From the NCBI GenBank assembly GCA_009602735.1, contig WELA01003054.1, positions 132,408 through 166,370 on the forward strand: DNA of 33,963 nt, read 5' to 3'. The notes below the pieces were generated by a model, which worked only from the letters and a program-made list of their open reading frames with translations, was not told where the DNA came from and searched no databases. The position numbers and the translations under genes are program-made. This DNA is from Mesotaenium endlicherianum (lineage: Eukaryota). This document shows, piece by piece, positions 26,360-33,963 of this stretch (position 1 is the stretch's first letter; every line of letters starts with the position of its first letter).

Positions 26360-29300
26360 CGCGTAGCAGCAGCCCTCCATGAGTCAATGTCGTGGTGAGA
26401 TAGTTGTAGAGGCATCCGCACAGAGGGAGTGCACTGCAGCACTTTGAAACTGTACAGCAGCACCGTCCATCACAGGCGTGTCTTTCAATGTATGCGTGAG
26501 TGCGCCCCTAGGAACATCCAAAGCCAGCGGACCTCCGTCCAGCCAGGCAATAAAAAAGGGATAGGCCTCAACAAAGAGCATTTTGAAAATCATTTTGTGA
26601 AGAACAGAGTTCAAGAGATTGCCTTAATGGCACCACCACAGTTGTACTCAAATTGCCTAAGCTCATAAGATAAGCAATGGTCATGATGTGACAGAAATCC
26701 TTTTCAGAATGATTGCAGGCTGCAGCAGTGCATTGGGCCGGGCCATTTCAGGAACATGATCCAACCAGGCACTGGAAGAGTCTCCAGGCAATGAAGGCAT
26801 TGGCGGCATGCCGGCAACAGGACGAGCAACTGGGTATGAAGGGGAATACTGAAGCGGAGCACCATGACTCCTGTCAAACCGGTCATGAGGGGTCCCTTTC
26901 TCTCTCTCTCTCTCCCTTCCCCTCTATCCCTCTATGAATTGTGTGCGTGCACCCCACCTTCTGGATGCGGAGCTTCTGCACGTTAGGAGTGTCCTCCTGC
27001 ATGTTGGCCTCAATGGACCCATTAGCGGCCTCGCTCATCGACACCACCACGTCCTCCACCTCGTCCTCGCGGCTGCTCTCCATGCCCACGCTAAAGTCCG
27101 CCCTGCACAGACATCGCACTCAAGCAACCAGTAAGAGACATCCTGATCCTAGGGCAGTCTTCTATTCAAGGGGCTACATCAACAACGCACAATCCACACT
27201 AAGGTATAATCAAGCTCAACATCTGCGCAATGGGGGCCAGGGGGTTTTTGTAGGGTGGGGGGGTGGGGGGGGCTATTGCAACACCAAGAGTGCTGCTGAC
27301 GAGTCCAAGGGCTTCAAGATTGAGTCCTACCATGTCATGCACAAAATCGCCCCGGAGTATCTGAAACAAGGAAGAAAAGAGCGCACATTGTGAACACACA
27401 CCTGATTATTGGCATTGAGGTAGGGCTGTCCGCGTCCGCGTCCGCATCAATGATAGTCACCTCCTCGCCTTTCCCCGTCAACTGCAATGATGAAGCAAAG
27501 CAGCCAACTCAAACATGCATACACACGTCACAACTGCCTCCCATGCAGCCTGCAGTCCCCCGCCTCCAGCTGCTGCTGATGTGAACTAACCCATCCCCGA
27601 AGCACCAGGAGACGGCTGTCGGCCAGCTAGCTATATATTGACAGCTGGCCAACCTCTACATGGTCGAGCGTGAGAGCAGGGCTTGCAGCAGGCAGAGAGT
27701 TTTGGCAGGTAGTGCCGGGAGAGACGGCAGTCAGTACCAGGAACTTGATGATGCAGAGGGCGTTGCTGTAGCAGCCGCGGCGCGTGCGGTCGTCCACACC
27801 GTCCGGCAGAGCCTTGGGCTGAAATACTCCCAGCAGGAGCCTGCACACACACCGTCCGACAGGGATGGGCAAGTCACACACTGCCAGCTCTAGCGCCGGC
27901 TGACAGCCAACAAGCTGCAGTCACAAGGCTCCAGAGAGAGTGCACACTGGCTGAGGGTTGCGGTGCTGGCAATGCCTCCTCTCATTCTCATACAAGAAGA
28001 GTTTCCACTGAAAGATCTTGGAAAACTTCATAGTACTGAAGAATGGAGGCACCACTGAAGGTGGCCTTCAAAATCACAGAAAGTTCTCAGGAGCAAAGCC
28101 AGCTCTTCTTCACGCAGCGCGCACACACACACACTAACAGAGAGAGAGGGAGATGGAGAGAGGGGCACACACAAAGAGAAAAAAAAGGGGAAAGAGGGAG
28201 AAAGAGAGGGGACATACTGAAAGCCTCCGCATCGCAGGAAGTCGGCACGGAACTCGAGGTTCTGAGGGGTGGGCGCCTTGTTCACTGGCATCAAGATGCC
28301 CTCCAGAACCTGCCAAGCCCGAGCACAGATGCGTCAGTGACGACATCTGCTCTCTCCTCAGCGGCGCTGGGCCACTAAACCCTTGCACCCGAGGCGTAAC
28401 CACAACTCCAGCCTCTAGGCCTTCCTTCCTGATGTGTGTTGATACAGCCTGAGAGACTCTGAAAGAGAGCAGCTGTAAGCCTCTAATACTGAAGGAGATC
28501 AGATGCACCTCTTCCCCTCGCTCTTCCGGTGACCTCTCGAGCCAAATTGTTTTGTAAGAGTGCTGTCTCTCTTATAGGAAGAAGACTTGGCTCCACGGCT
28601 CTGCCAACGAAGCATGTCTTGCACTTTAGAGCATCCTCCGGTAGAACCAAGAGCGGGCACGACAAGTGACCGCCTGGCGTAATCACGTGAACCAACGCAC
28701 GCGCACGCATGCATGCGTGAAGGCCAAGCTCACCTGGAGGGTGTACAGGAGGCGCGCACGCGAGCTGAAGTGCCTTTGCAAAGTGGCATGGGCCTCTTCG
28801 GTGGTCCTCGCCTCGTAGATGCTCTGCAGCACCAGCAGGAGCAGGAGCAGCAGGAGCAGGAGGGAGGGGAGGAGGAGCACCCAAAGCATAATGTCAGAGG
28901 GGGGAGGCTTGCATGAATAACCCATGTCTGCCTTCTCTCCGATTGCAGAAAGATTGGAGGGGGCCACACAGCCATCAATCAGCAGCAGTGCAAACGCCGC
29001 TCCGGCGGCAGCAACAGCCTCAGCCCTTTCACCATAGCGGGCGGCCACAGAGGCGAGGAAGGCAACGGATCTTCAGTTTGCATCACCCTGCGCCAGGATT
29101 ACCACGTAGGTCTGCCTGGCAGATTGCCACACGCCGTGCTTGCACGGGCTAGGCTGACGCTAAATATTGCCAGAGCGACACGCAGCAGAGCGCAGCAATT
29201 CTTATAAAGTAAAGGGGCAGAAGGCTGGTGCTTAGAAAGAGCTGAATCAGACTCTACGAGCTCAAGCATGCATTAGCTTGGGGGCTGCATGCGTAAGTGC

Positions 29301-32300
29301 CTACTTCAACTACAACGAGCAACGCCACTTACTAAAGGGCCATCTTCAAAACACATACATCACTTCTCCCACTTCCATTTCCTGCAATGTAGGTATTAAC
29401 TTAATTTTTGATACTCACTGATGATATTCTTCATAGCTGATATTAATACGACGCGCTTACCAGGAAGTCAGCAAGAATGCCCGGATGGGTTGGCAGCAAC
29501 ATCAGCAGGTTGTGCACAGCCTGCACCTCGTGCACAATCCCATTCAACACGAAATCAATGAAGTCAACGTCCTGTCAGCCACTACAAGCAAACGAGGAGA
29601 GGCGCAGCAGGCAGGGCCATCCAGGGAGCTTCATCCTTGTCTGCTCATTCACATTCTGGGCGCAGAAATGACGTCCATGGCTATATGTGGGAGCCAGCCA
29701 CAATGAGAGAACAGGCAACATCAAGGGCTGAGCACGAGTGCCAGCAGCCACAAGGAGTAGATAGGGGGCAAGTGGGAAGGACCTCTCGGATGCTGGTACT
29801 GTTGACTTCCAGCAGCCTGAACAGCACATCGTACACCTGCAAGGCCACCCACTCCCCCGCACGCGTTCAGCTTACCCGCTGAGCCCGGCATGCTGTAGCC
29901 ATTTCCAGGCCAGCACAAAACAGAGGAGAGAGGCTCCATCCAATGCTAACGAGCACTTGCTCAGCTAGCGTGGCCCTGACAGGCATCACTGAGGTGCAGC
30001 TTGGGCTCCACTGGGTGTGAGCACGCACCAGCATGGCTACCCTGGTCTGGCCTAGCAAGCAAACCTGAGGAGCAGCTTGGGTTCTATCCGGAGTGAACGC
30101 ACACTGGCTCAATCAGCCTAGCCCTGGGGGACATCCCTGGGGGACAGGCTTGGGCCTCCATCCAGTGTGGTGTGAATGGGCACTGGCACTCAGCTAGTCA
30201 GCCCTGCCAGGCACCCCTAGAGAGAGCTAGATGCCACATCCATCGCGAGCGCGCACTGGCTAAGCTGGCCTGCCCTGACAGGCATTCCTGACGGGGCAGC
30301 TTCTGGCAAATGCTTATACTTGACACACATAGCAACTATGCAGCCATGCTGATCCGGCGCGACAGGAGGACAAGCTAAGGCCAAGGTCCCGTCCGCACCT
30401 CCTTCTGCTGAGAGATCAGGATGCCGGGAAGGCGCTGCTCGTCAAACGCCTCCACGACCCGGTCCACGAGGCTCACCTGCACCACAAGATTGGCGTTGGT
30501 GCCGGGGATCCTACGGTCAGAAGCAAACGGAACACAAGAGGGGACCTAGTCATGGCACAAGAGAACCTACTCATAGCAAAAAGCTATGCATGAGCCTGAA
30601 ATGATGCCCAAATGCCTGGGCCGTGAGGAGAAGGGAAAAAAAAAGAGGAAGCGACGCAGGGCACACAATGCTGCAACTTAACGCTGGACAAGTCAGCCCA
30701 TACTCCTTGAGGTCAAACACAGTCAAACAGAGAAGGGAAAGAAGAGCCTCTCTCCTCCTGACTCCCCCCTCCTCCCCCCCATTTAAAAAGTGGAGGTGGA
30801 GCAAAGACATTGCTCGCTCGCTTAGTAAACATACGAAAATGAGGAGGCAGCATAGCAACCAGGGGAGGTGTGGCGCTTGGTGCTGGTAACCAGGGGCATC
30901 GATATGTGCAGCTCCAGGGAGCCCACATCTGCAAGAGGCAGGAGGCTAGCCACCTTCTCACTGGAGGATGTGACGGCGAGCATGCCGATGCGAGGCATGC
31001 ATGGCTTGAGCTTGATAGCACCAGAGAGCACAGCAAGCAGAGGAGGCAATGCTCAGCACGCACGGGTGTCAGGACATGCGTGCCCAAAAAGGGCCTGAGA
31101 GGGAGGGAGGAGGAAAGGGGGGAGTTGCTGGGGGGGGAAGGNNNNNNNNNNNNNNNNNNNNNNNNNNNNNNNNNNNNNNNNNNNNNNNNNNNNNNNNNNN
31201 NNNNNNNNNNNNNNNNNNNNNNNNNNNNNNNNNNNNNNNNNNNNNNNNNNNNNNNNNNNNNNNNNNNNNNNNNNNNNNNNNNNNNNNNNNNNNNNNNNNN
31301 NNNNNNNNNNNNNNNNNNNNNNNNNNNNNNNNNNNNNNNNNNNNNNNNNNNNNNNNNNNNNNNNNNNNNNNNNNNNNNNNNNNNNNNNNNNNNNNNNNNN
31401 NNNNNNNNNNNNNNNNNNNNNNNNNNNNNNNNNNNNNNNNNNNNNNNNNNNNNNNNNNNNNNNNNNNNNNNNNNNNNNNNNNNNNNNNNNNNNNNNNNNN
31501 NNNNNNNNNNNNNNNNNNNNNNNNNNNNNNNNNNNNNNNNNNNNNNNNNNNNNNNNNNNNNNNNNNNNNNNNNNNNNNNNNNNNNNNNNNNNNNNNNNNN
31601 NNNNNNNNNNNNNNNNNNNNNNNNNNNNNNNNNNNNNNNNNNNNNNNNNNNNNNNNNNNNNNNNNNNNNNNNNNNNNNNNNNNNNNNNNNNNNNNNNNNN
31701 NNNNNNNNNNNNNNNNNNNNNNNNNNNNNNNNNNNNNNNNNNNNNNNNNNNNNNNNNNNNNNNNNNNNNNNNNNNNNNNNNNNNNNNNNNNNNNNNNNNN
31801 NNNNNNNNNNNNNNNNNNNNNNNNNNNNNNNNNNNNNNNNNNNNNNNNNNNNNNNNNNNNNNNNNNNNNNNNNNNNNNNNNNNNNNNNNNNNNNNNNNNN
31901 NNNNNNNNNNNNNNNNNNNNNNNNNNNNNNNNNNNNNNNNNNNNNNNNNNNNNGGGGGGGAAGGGGGGTGGGGGGTGAGGGGGCTTACGGAGACGCCAAG
32001 CGTGCTGTGGTCCTGCAGGCCGCACTGGCGGACGACCTGCCAGTCCTGTGTGAGCTCGCGGCCGCCCACGATAAGACGTATGCGTGACGCGGGGGCGTCC
32101 ATCAGCTTCGCCACCTGTCCCAACAGACATGGGCAGGCCAGACAAGATGAGGCGTGGCGAGGTGCTCAATGTGCTTGTTTATCTCCAGTCGGATTGACAC
32201 ACTCCGTTTGCAGGCAGCAGCAGAGGGCTTTCTCAACGATTGATCAAGCCCTCGGCATGGGATCCTACATAACCTATCATGCATGTGCATGACGTGGACG

Positions 32301-33568
32301 TAGCAGTAGCCTGATTAGGCTGATTCAAAGCTGCTGCAACACACGCGCACACAACGTACACTGATGCACTGCAGATGCTGGCTGCGTACCTTGGAGCGCA
32401 GAGAAAAGAGATACTCGTTGGCATGGACGTCCACAGAGAGGCGGAATGGCTCCTTGATGTTGTGAGTCACCTGCAGGCAAGCCCAGGCAACGTCCACGAT
32501 GGTTGGTGCCTTCACTTATTGCCCACATCCATGCATAAGACCACGTGGTTCCCCACGCAAACATGCATACAGCCATCGAGCACGCCCAATTTGAAAACGA
32601 ACTAGCATGTGCATATCGTCTTCTCATGGCTGTCACCCATTAAAGCACCCATCGTCTGCAAGGAAGCAAATGTCCAGTTCGGGTCTGTCTGCATTTTTTT
32701 CACGGGACTGCACACGCGCATGAGAGATTTAAGAGAAACTATTGCATCAGCAATTAGGACAGGAGTTGGTACACACGCACCTGAAGATGCAGAGGACGGC
32801 CCTGGAACGATGCGCCATGCGGTGGCACCTTGCGTGGACATCGGCCCTCGCACTTGGTGATGAATACCTGGACGCAGCCAAGGATAGCAGCAGAAGCAGC
32901 ACGAATGAGAAGAGGTACATTGCTTCCTGTTATTACAGGGCGCAGGACCGCCCACAACCCATGTATTCACTATCTTCCGGTCCCAGAGTGCCAGGTCAAT
33001 TAAAGGATGGAGACCGCTAATCAATCAGCAACCACACTTCCGAGCCCCTGCCCGCACACCTGGGGGGGAGCAGGCAGGGGGGGATCACAGGCCTGTCACA
33101 AATTGACACCAGGGGATAGGCAAGCACGTGCATCACAAGCCGACAACGAGGAGAGAAAAGCCGTGTCAGAAATTAATGGATGAGGGCGCGCCACGGGCTG
33201 ACTGACTTTGAACAGAGGGATGAGGGCTGTACCATGAGGAGGCGCAGGCAGCGCTCCACCTGGTGCTTGCCCTGCTTGGTGGGCAGCCAGCTGGCCTGCC
33301 CCGCAGCGACAGCAGCAGCACTTGCCCCCCCGCCATTGCCTGCTCCCCCGTCACGCAGGCGCGCACGCTTCTCCGTCTGCCTCTCAGCATCCTTCTCCTG
33401 GTCCGAGTAGTCCTTGTCGCTGCCGCCGCCGTCGCCCCCGCTGTCGGCCATGCTGCAGCTGTCAGTGGTGGCCTCGCTGCTGGTGCGCATGCCCCCCGCC
33501 TCCACCGCTGTCATCAGGCGCCTCATGCACTCGTCCACAAACTGCTGGCGTATGGACAGCACGCTCGC
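7594..33568 (-). CDS. USP24: Large ubiquitin carboxyl-terminal hydrolase (peptidase C19), USP24/USP9X(FAF)-like; 39 exons visible, 5' part outside the window
   Basis: Cys box GYVGLKNAGATCYMNSVFQQL, QDAFEFF, HLKRFDFD, His box LVGVVVHSGTAFAGHYY, WMAFDD and AYMLFYER. Upstream UBL-like segment. C-terminal SSNED...LLRTQS resembles USP24/USP9X. The exons sum to 5442 nt (multiple of 3). The symbol reflects closest family resemblance by recall, not proven orthology. Confidence 0.9.
9085..9159 (-). CDS. USP24: USP24-like exon (SRQDAIIAGVEAFRAPSMFDMLMSR)
   Basis: GT-AG, phase 0; fits the expected spacing. Confidence 0.75.
9186..9286. repeat. Imperfect (CA/CG)n purine-pyrimidine tract
   Basis: Directly visible. 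Confidence 0.9.
9888..10527. other. Assembly gap (N run)
   Basis: Ns flanked by poly-C. Confidence 1.
10668..10750. repeat. Compound (CA)n(GA)n microsatellite, intronic
   Basis: Directly visible. Confidence 0.98.
10789..10902 (-). CDS. USP24: USP24-like exon (NVLLEVV...EARPLLLLLGRLLEIQDVLTG)
   Basis: E.RP...LL..LL.I.D motif; donor GTGAGT. Confidence 0.87.
11254..11331 (-). CDS. USP24: USP24-like exon (VESCPDHVEVIRMCEFLSWQCEAFSG)
   Basis: F..W....FS motif as in USP9X; GT-AG. Confidence 0.85.
11801..11964 (-). CDS. USP24: USP24-like exon (AAERMVLEDG...NPWALG...HFLRIL)
   Basis: Phase-1 start; donor GTGAGC. Confidence 0.82.
12169..12221. repeat. Short tandem repeat, ~4 x CCTCGCTAGCCCC-like unit
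   Basis: Imperfect 13-14-bp units visible. Confidence 0.8.
12565..12679 (-). CDS. USP24: USP24-like exon (VSYMLK...SLLVRSCDTSKFQ)
   Basis: S.L.R.C..S family motif; phase-1 donor GTGCGT. Confidence 0.85.
12848..12911. repeat. (GA)n microsatellite, intronic
   Basis: Directly visible, one interruption. Confidence 0.98.
13452..13535 (-). CDS. USP24: USP24-like exon (FFWVILEYARLGPIQRLSLIQRRVIQQW)
   Basis: YA.LG motif; donor GTGAAT. Confidence 0.85.
14024..14203 (-). CDS. USP24: USP24-like exon (MFAQIVVHSL...LLNLL...YPCQ)
   Basis: GT-AG, phase 0; LLNLL motif. Confidence 0.85.
14837..14962 (-). CDS. USP24: USP24-like exon (GVVFKLL...FLLKCPVEDVRQ)
   Basis: LL.CP...VR motif of the USP9/24/34 C-terminal region. 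Confidence 0.9.
15273..15474 (-). CDS. USP24: USP24-like exon (QLVHLN...LLCRVYLRAHASLREDMLVWK)
   Basis: GT-AG, GC3-rich, phase-consistent. Confidence 0.82.
15848..15934 (-). CDS. USP24: USP24-like exon (FVHESHLLDKQYFKFLSEL...)
   Basis: YF.F motif; phase 2 to 2. Confidence 0.85.
16143..16188. repeat. (CA)n microsatellite, intronic
   Basis: Directly visible. Confidence 0.95.
16495..16554 (-). CDS. USP24: USP24-like exon (GKATHIPPSVHKVLWQNNLR)
   Basis: P....V...NL.F family motif continuing into the next exon. Confidence 0.78.
17043..17100 (-). CDS. USP24: USP24-like linker exon (APSEEKDAVMADITPQDL)
   Basis: Phase 1 to 2 bridging; tandem CAGCAG acceptor; donor GTATGC. Confidence 0.6.
17468..17522 (-). 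CDS. USP24: USP24-like linker exon (SSLLAESAGPVSTLASGP)
   Basis: Supported mainly by GT-AG and phase bridging (0 to 1); no recognisable motif. Confidence 0.55.
17823..17879 (-). CDS. USP24: USP catalytic domain final exon
   Basis: EYDRPNSAYMLFYERTVPQ. Confidence 0.93.
18722..18845 (-). CDS. USP24: USP catalytic domain exon (Asp box)
   Basis: WMAFDDKRVEP...DCFGG. Confidence 0.93.
19537..20264 (-). CDS. USP24: USP catalytic domain exon with His box (catalytic His codon 19602-19604) and a low-complexity insertion
   Basis: LPHTLVVHLKRFDFD...FEFP...YSLVGVVVHSGTAFAGHYYAYIKER. Confidence 0.95.
20651..20818 (-). CDS. USP24: USP catalytic domain exon (fingers subdomain)
   Basis: CSHRSEREEPF...GDLLEADNAYYCEQCKTK. 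Confidence 0.95.
21032..21253 (-). CDS. USP24: USP catalytic domain exon (QD box)
   Basis: PINLREHQDAFEFF...IFGGTFAQQ. Confidence 0.95.
21683..21810 (-). CDS. USP24: USP catalytic domain exon with catalytic Cys (codon 21800-21802)
   Basis: GATCYMNSVFQQLYMQP. Confidence 0.95.
22220..22583 (-). CDS. USP24: USP24-like exon leading into the Cys box (LVKECLFP...WEYLP...GYVGLKNA)
   Basis: EWEYLP and GYVGLKN motifs of the FAF/USP24/34 clade. Confidence 0.93.
22903..23266. other. Assembly gap (N run), probably hiding a USP exon
   Basis: Ns; conserved protein segment is missing across the gap. Confidence 1.
23441..23575 (-). CDS. USP24: USP24-like exon (FWELLGKLVEDL...LDEEHAWLES...SNQ)
   Basis: L..E..WL family motif; GT-AG. 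Confidence 0.82.
23902..23985. repeat. (GA)n microsatellite, intronic
   Basis: Directly visible. Confidence 0.98.
24029..24140 (-). CDS. USP24: USP24-like exon (RERVGPEEEEPPAHKHILAIL...QCGY)
   Basis: Phase-2 start; donor GTGAGA; a competing donor GTGAGC exists at 24051. Confidence 0.72.
24865..24932 (-). CDS. USP24: USP24-like exon (DMVIHCPELLIRLRSAELFLKL)
   Basis: D...HC....IR motif; phase-2 donor. Confidence 0.8.
25316..25390 (-). CDS. USP24: USP24-like exon (QHCLLKRKAVLGAYCSAPQTALFLE)
   Basis: GT-AG, phase 0; fills the expected spacing between its neighbours. Confidence 0.7.
25663..25761 (-). CDS. USP24: USP24-like exon (NLSKKRP...DVYLCQESLFIL)
   Basis: Strong donor GTGAGT; phase 0. 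Confidence 0.8.
26159..26311 (-). CDS. USP24: USP24-like exon (VLEPAEP...NLAWATGLG...ESRQK)
   Basis: LAWATGLG resembles the family L.WA...G motif. Confidence 0.8.
26324..26357. repeat. (CA)n microsatellite, read as (UG)n just upstream of an acceptor
   Basis: Directly visible. Confidence 0.97.
26958..27102 (-). CDS. USP24: USP24-like exon (acidic linker ADFSVGMESSREDEVED...RIQK)
   Basis: GC3-rich codons, GT-AG, phase-consistent. Confidence 0.75.
27402..27481 (-). CDS. USP24: USP24-like exon (LTGKGEEVTIIDADADADSPTSMPII)
   Basis: GT-AG; bridges phase 0 to phase 2 as the neighbouring exons require. Confidence 0.7.
27738..27840 (-). CDS. USP24: USP24-like exon (LLLGVFQ...DDRTRRGCYSNALCIIKFL)
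   Basis: D..TRRG.Y family motif; 3' boundary less certain. Confidence 0.8.
28218..28309 (-). CDS. USP24: USP24-like exon (VLEGILMP...FLRCGGFQ)
   Basis: Phase-2 donor GTATGT matches the next acceptor. Confidence 0.85.
28734..28823 (-). CDS. USP24: USP24-like exon (SIYEAR...RLLYTLQ)
   Basis: RLLYTLQ joins VLEGILMP, matching the family pattern; donor GTGAGC. Confidence 0.85.
29461..29520 (-). CDS. USP24: USP24-like exon (AVHNLLMLLPTHPGILADFL)
   Basis: LLMLLPT family motif; donor GTAAGC; an alternative in-frame acceptor would start at 29571. Confidence 0.78.
29783..29836 (-). CDS. USP24: USP24-like exon (VYDVLFRLLEVNSTSIRE)
   Basis: GT-AG, phase 0; weak donor GTCCTT. Confidence 0.72.
29931..30302. 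repeat. Degenerate minisatellite, 5 x ~72-78 bp, intronic
   Basis: Recurring GGGCTCCATCC...GCACTGGCTCAGCTAG..GCCCTGACAGGCATCCCTGAGG.GCAGCTT units. Confidence 0.85.
30399..30476 (-). CDS. USP24: USP24-like exon (VSLVDRVVEAFDEQRLPGILISQQKE)
   Basis: E.RLPGIL resembles the family E..LPGV motif; 5' boundary could extend to ~30510. Confidence 0.78.
31142..31953. other. Assembly gap (N run)
   Basis: Ns flanked by G-rich runs. Confidence 1.
31989..32114 (-). CDS. USP24: USP24-like exon, ubiquitin-like domain part 2
   Basis: VAKLMDAPASRIRLIVGGRELTQDWQVVRQCGLQDHSTLGVS (ubiquitin-fold pattern); donor GTAAGC. Confidence 0.88.
32390..32470 (-). CDS. USP24: USP24-like exon, ubiquitin-like domain part 1
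   Basis: VTHNIKEPFRLSVDVHANEYLFSLRSK; GT-AG, phase 0. Confidence 0.85.
32781..32867 (-). CDS. USP24: USP24-like exon (VFITKCEG...PHGASFQGRPLHLQ)
   Basis: PHGASFxG motif preceding the UBL domain of USP24/9X; GT-AG, phase 0. Confidence 0.85.
33233..33568 (-). CDS. USP24: USP24-like exon (ASVLSIRQQFVDECMRRL...ERCLRLLM)
   Basis: CAG acceptor, GTACAG donor; an alternative in-frame acceptor would start at 33613. Confidence 0.8.
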
Positions 33569-33963
33569 CTGCACATGCCATGTGTCATTAAGGAAGGTGC
33601 AGTGAGGGAAGAGCTGGAAGCAAAAGGGAGGAGAAAGGGGACCGGGAGAGAGAGTGAGAGTGGGAGGGATGCACACGCACATGAAGCCGTGGGGGCCGCT
33701 AGGATCACCATTCCTCCCTGGAAGGGCAAGTCAGGATGTGCATGTGCGGCTTCCCAACGAAGATTTTGTGCATTTAAGCACAAGATCAGGATGCACTGCA
33801 GAAACAAATGCATGGGAACCTCGCGGGCAACTACTTCCAGCAACGCCAAGAAGACGCCAAGGGTTCGCACATACTCGCAGCGAAACCGTTTGACACACAC
33901 CCCCAAACACACACAGAAAGAGAGAAAAGGATGGCAGGGGAGAGAGAGGGGGGGAGGGGGGGG

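Noticed and set aside
29931..30302. Possible CRISPR array
   Set aside because: Units are diverged along their whole length with no identical repeats and unique spacers; eukaryotic intron; no cas genes.
30880..30930. Candidate exon after CTCTTGCAG
   Set aside because: Weak donor and no motif; the flanking exons join in frame without it, although the adjacent gap leaves some uncertainty.
1..33963. tRNA, rRNA, snoRNA or intact transposon genes
   Set aside because: No cloverleaf or B-box, paired C/D boxes, LTR/TIR or transposase/RT motifs were recognised by eye; a covariance-model scan would be needed to exclude them.

Overview
Eukaryotic, intron-rich genomic DNA, most likely from a green plant-lineage (streptophyte-like) organism; the organism is inferred, not identified. 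There are three N gaps. Two genes lie in tandem on the minus strand, both truncated by the window. (1) A plastid ADP-glucose pyrophosphorylase small subunit has its first six coding exons at 3945->263 and continues past the left edge. (2) A very large USP24/USP9X(FAF)-type deubiquitinase can be spliced by hand into 39 phase-consistent GT-AG exons (33568->7594, 1813 aa visible), with a ubiquitin-like domain, intact Cys and His boxes and a USP24-like C-terminus. Its N-terminus is off the right edge and one exon is probably hidden in a gap. An AT-rich, apparently non-coding spacer separates the genes. The most unusual signals are polarised intron ends in the USP gene (C-rich after donors, G/GT-rich before acceptors), a degenerate ~73-bp intronic tandem array, and loss of the redox cysteine motif in the AGPase. 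I found no CRISPR array, RNA gene or intact mobile element, and no clearly novel multi-gene system.
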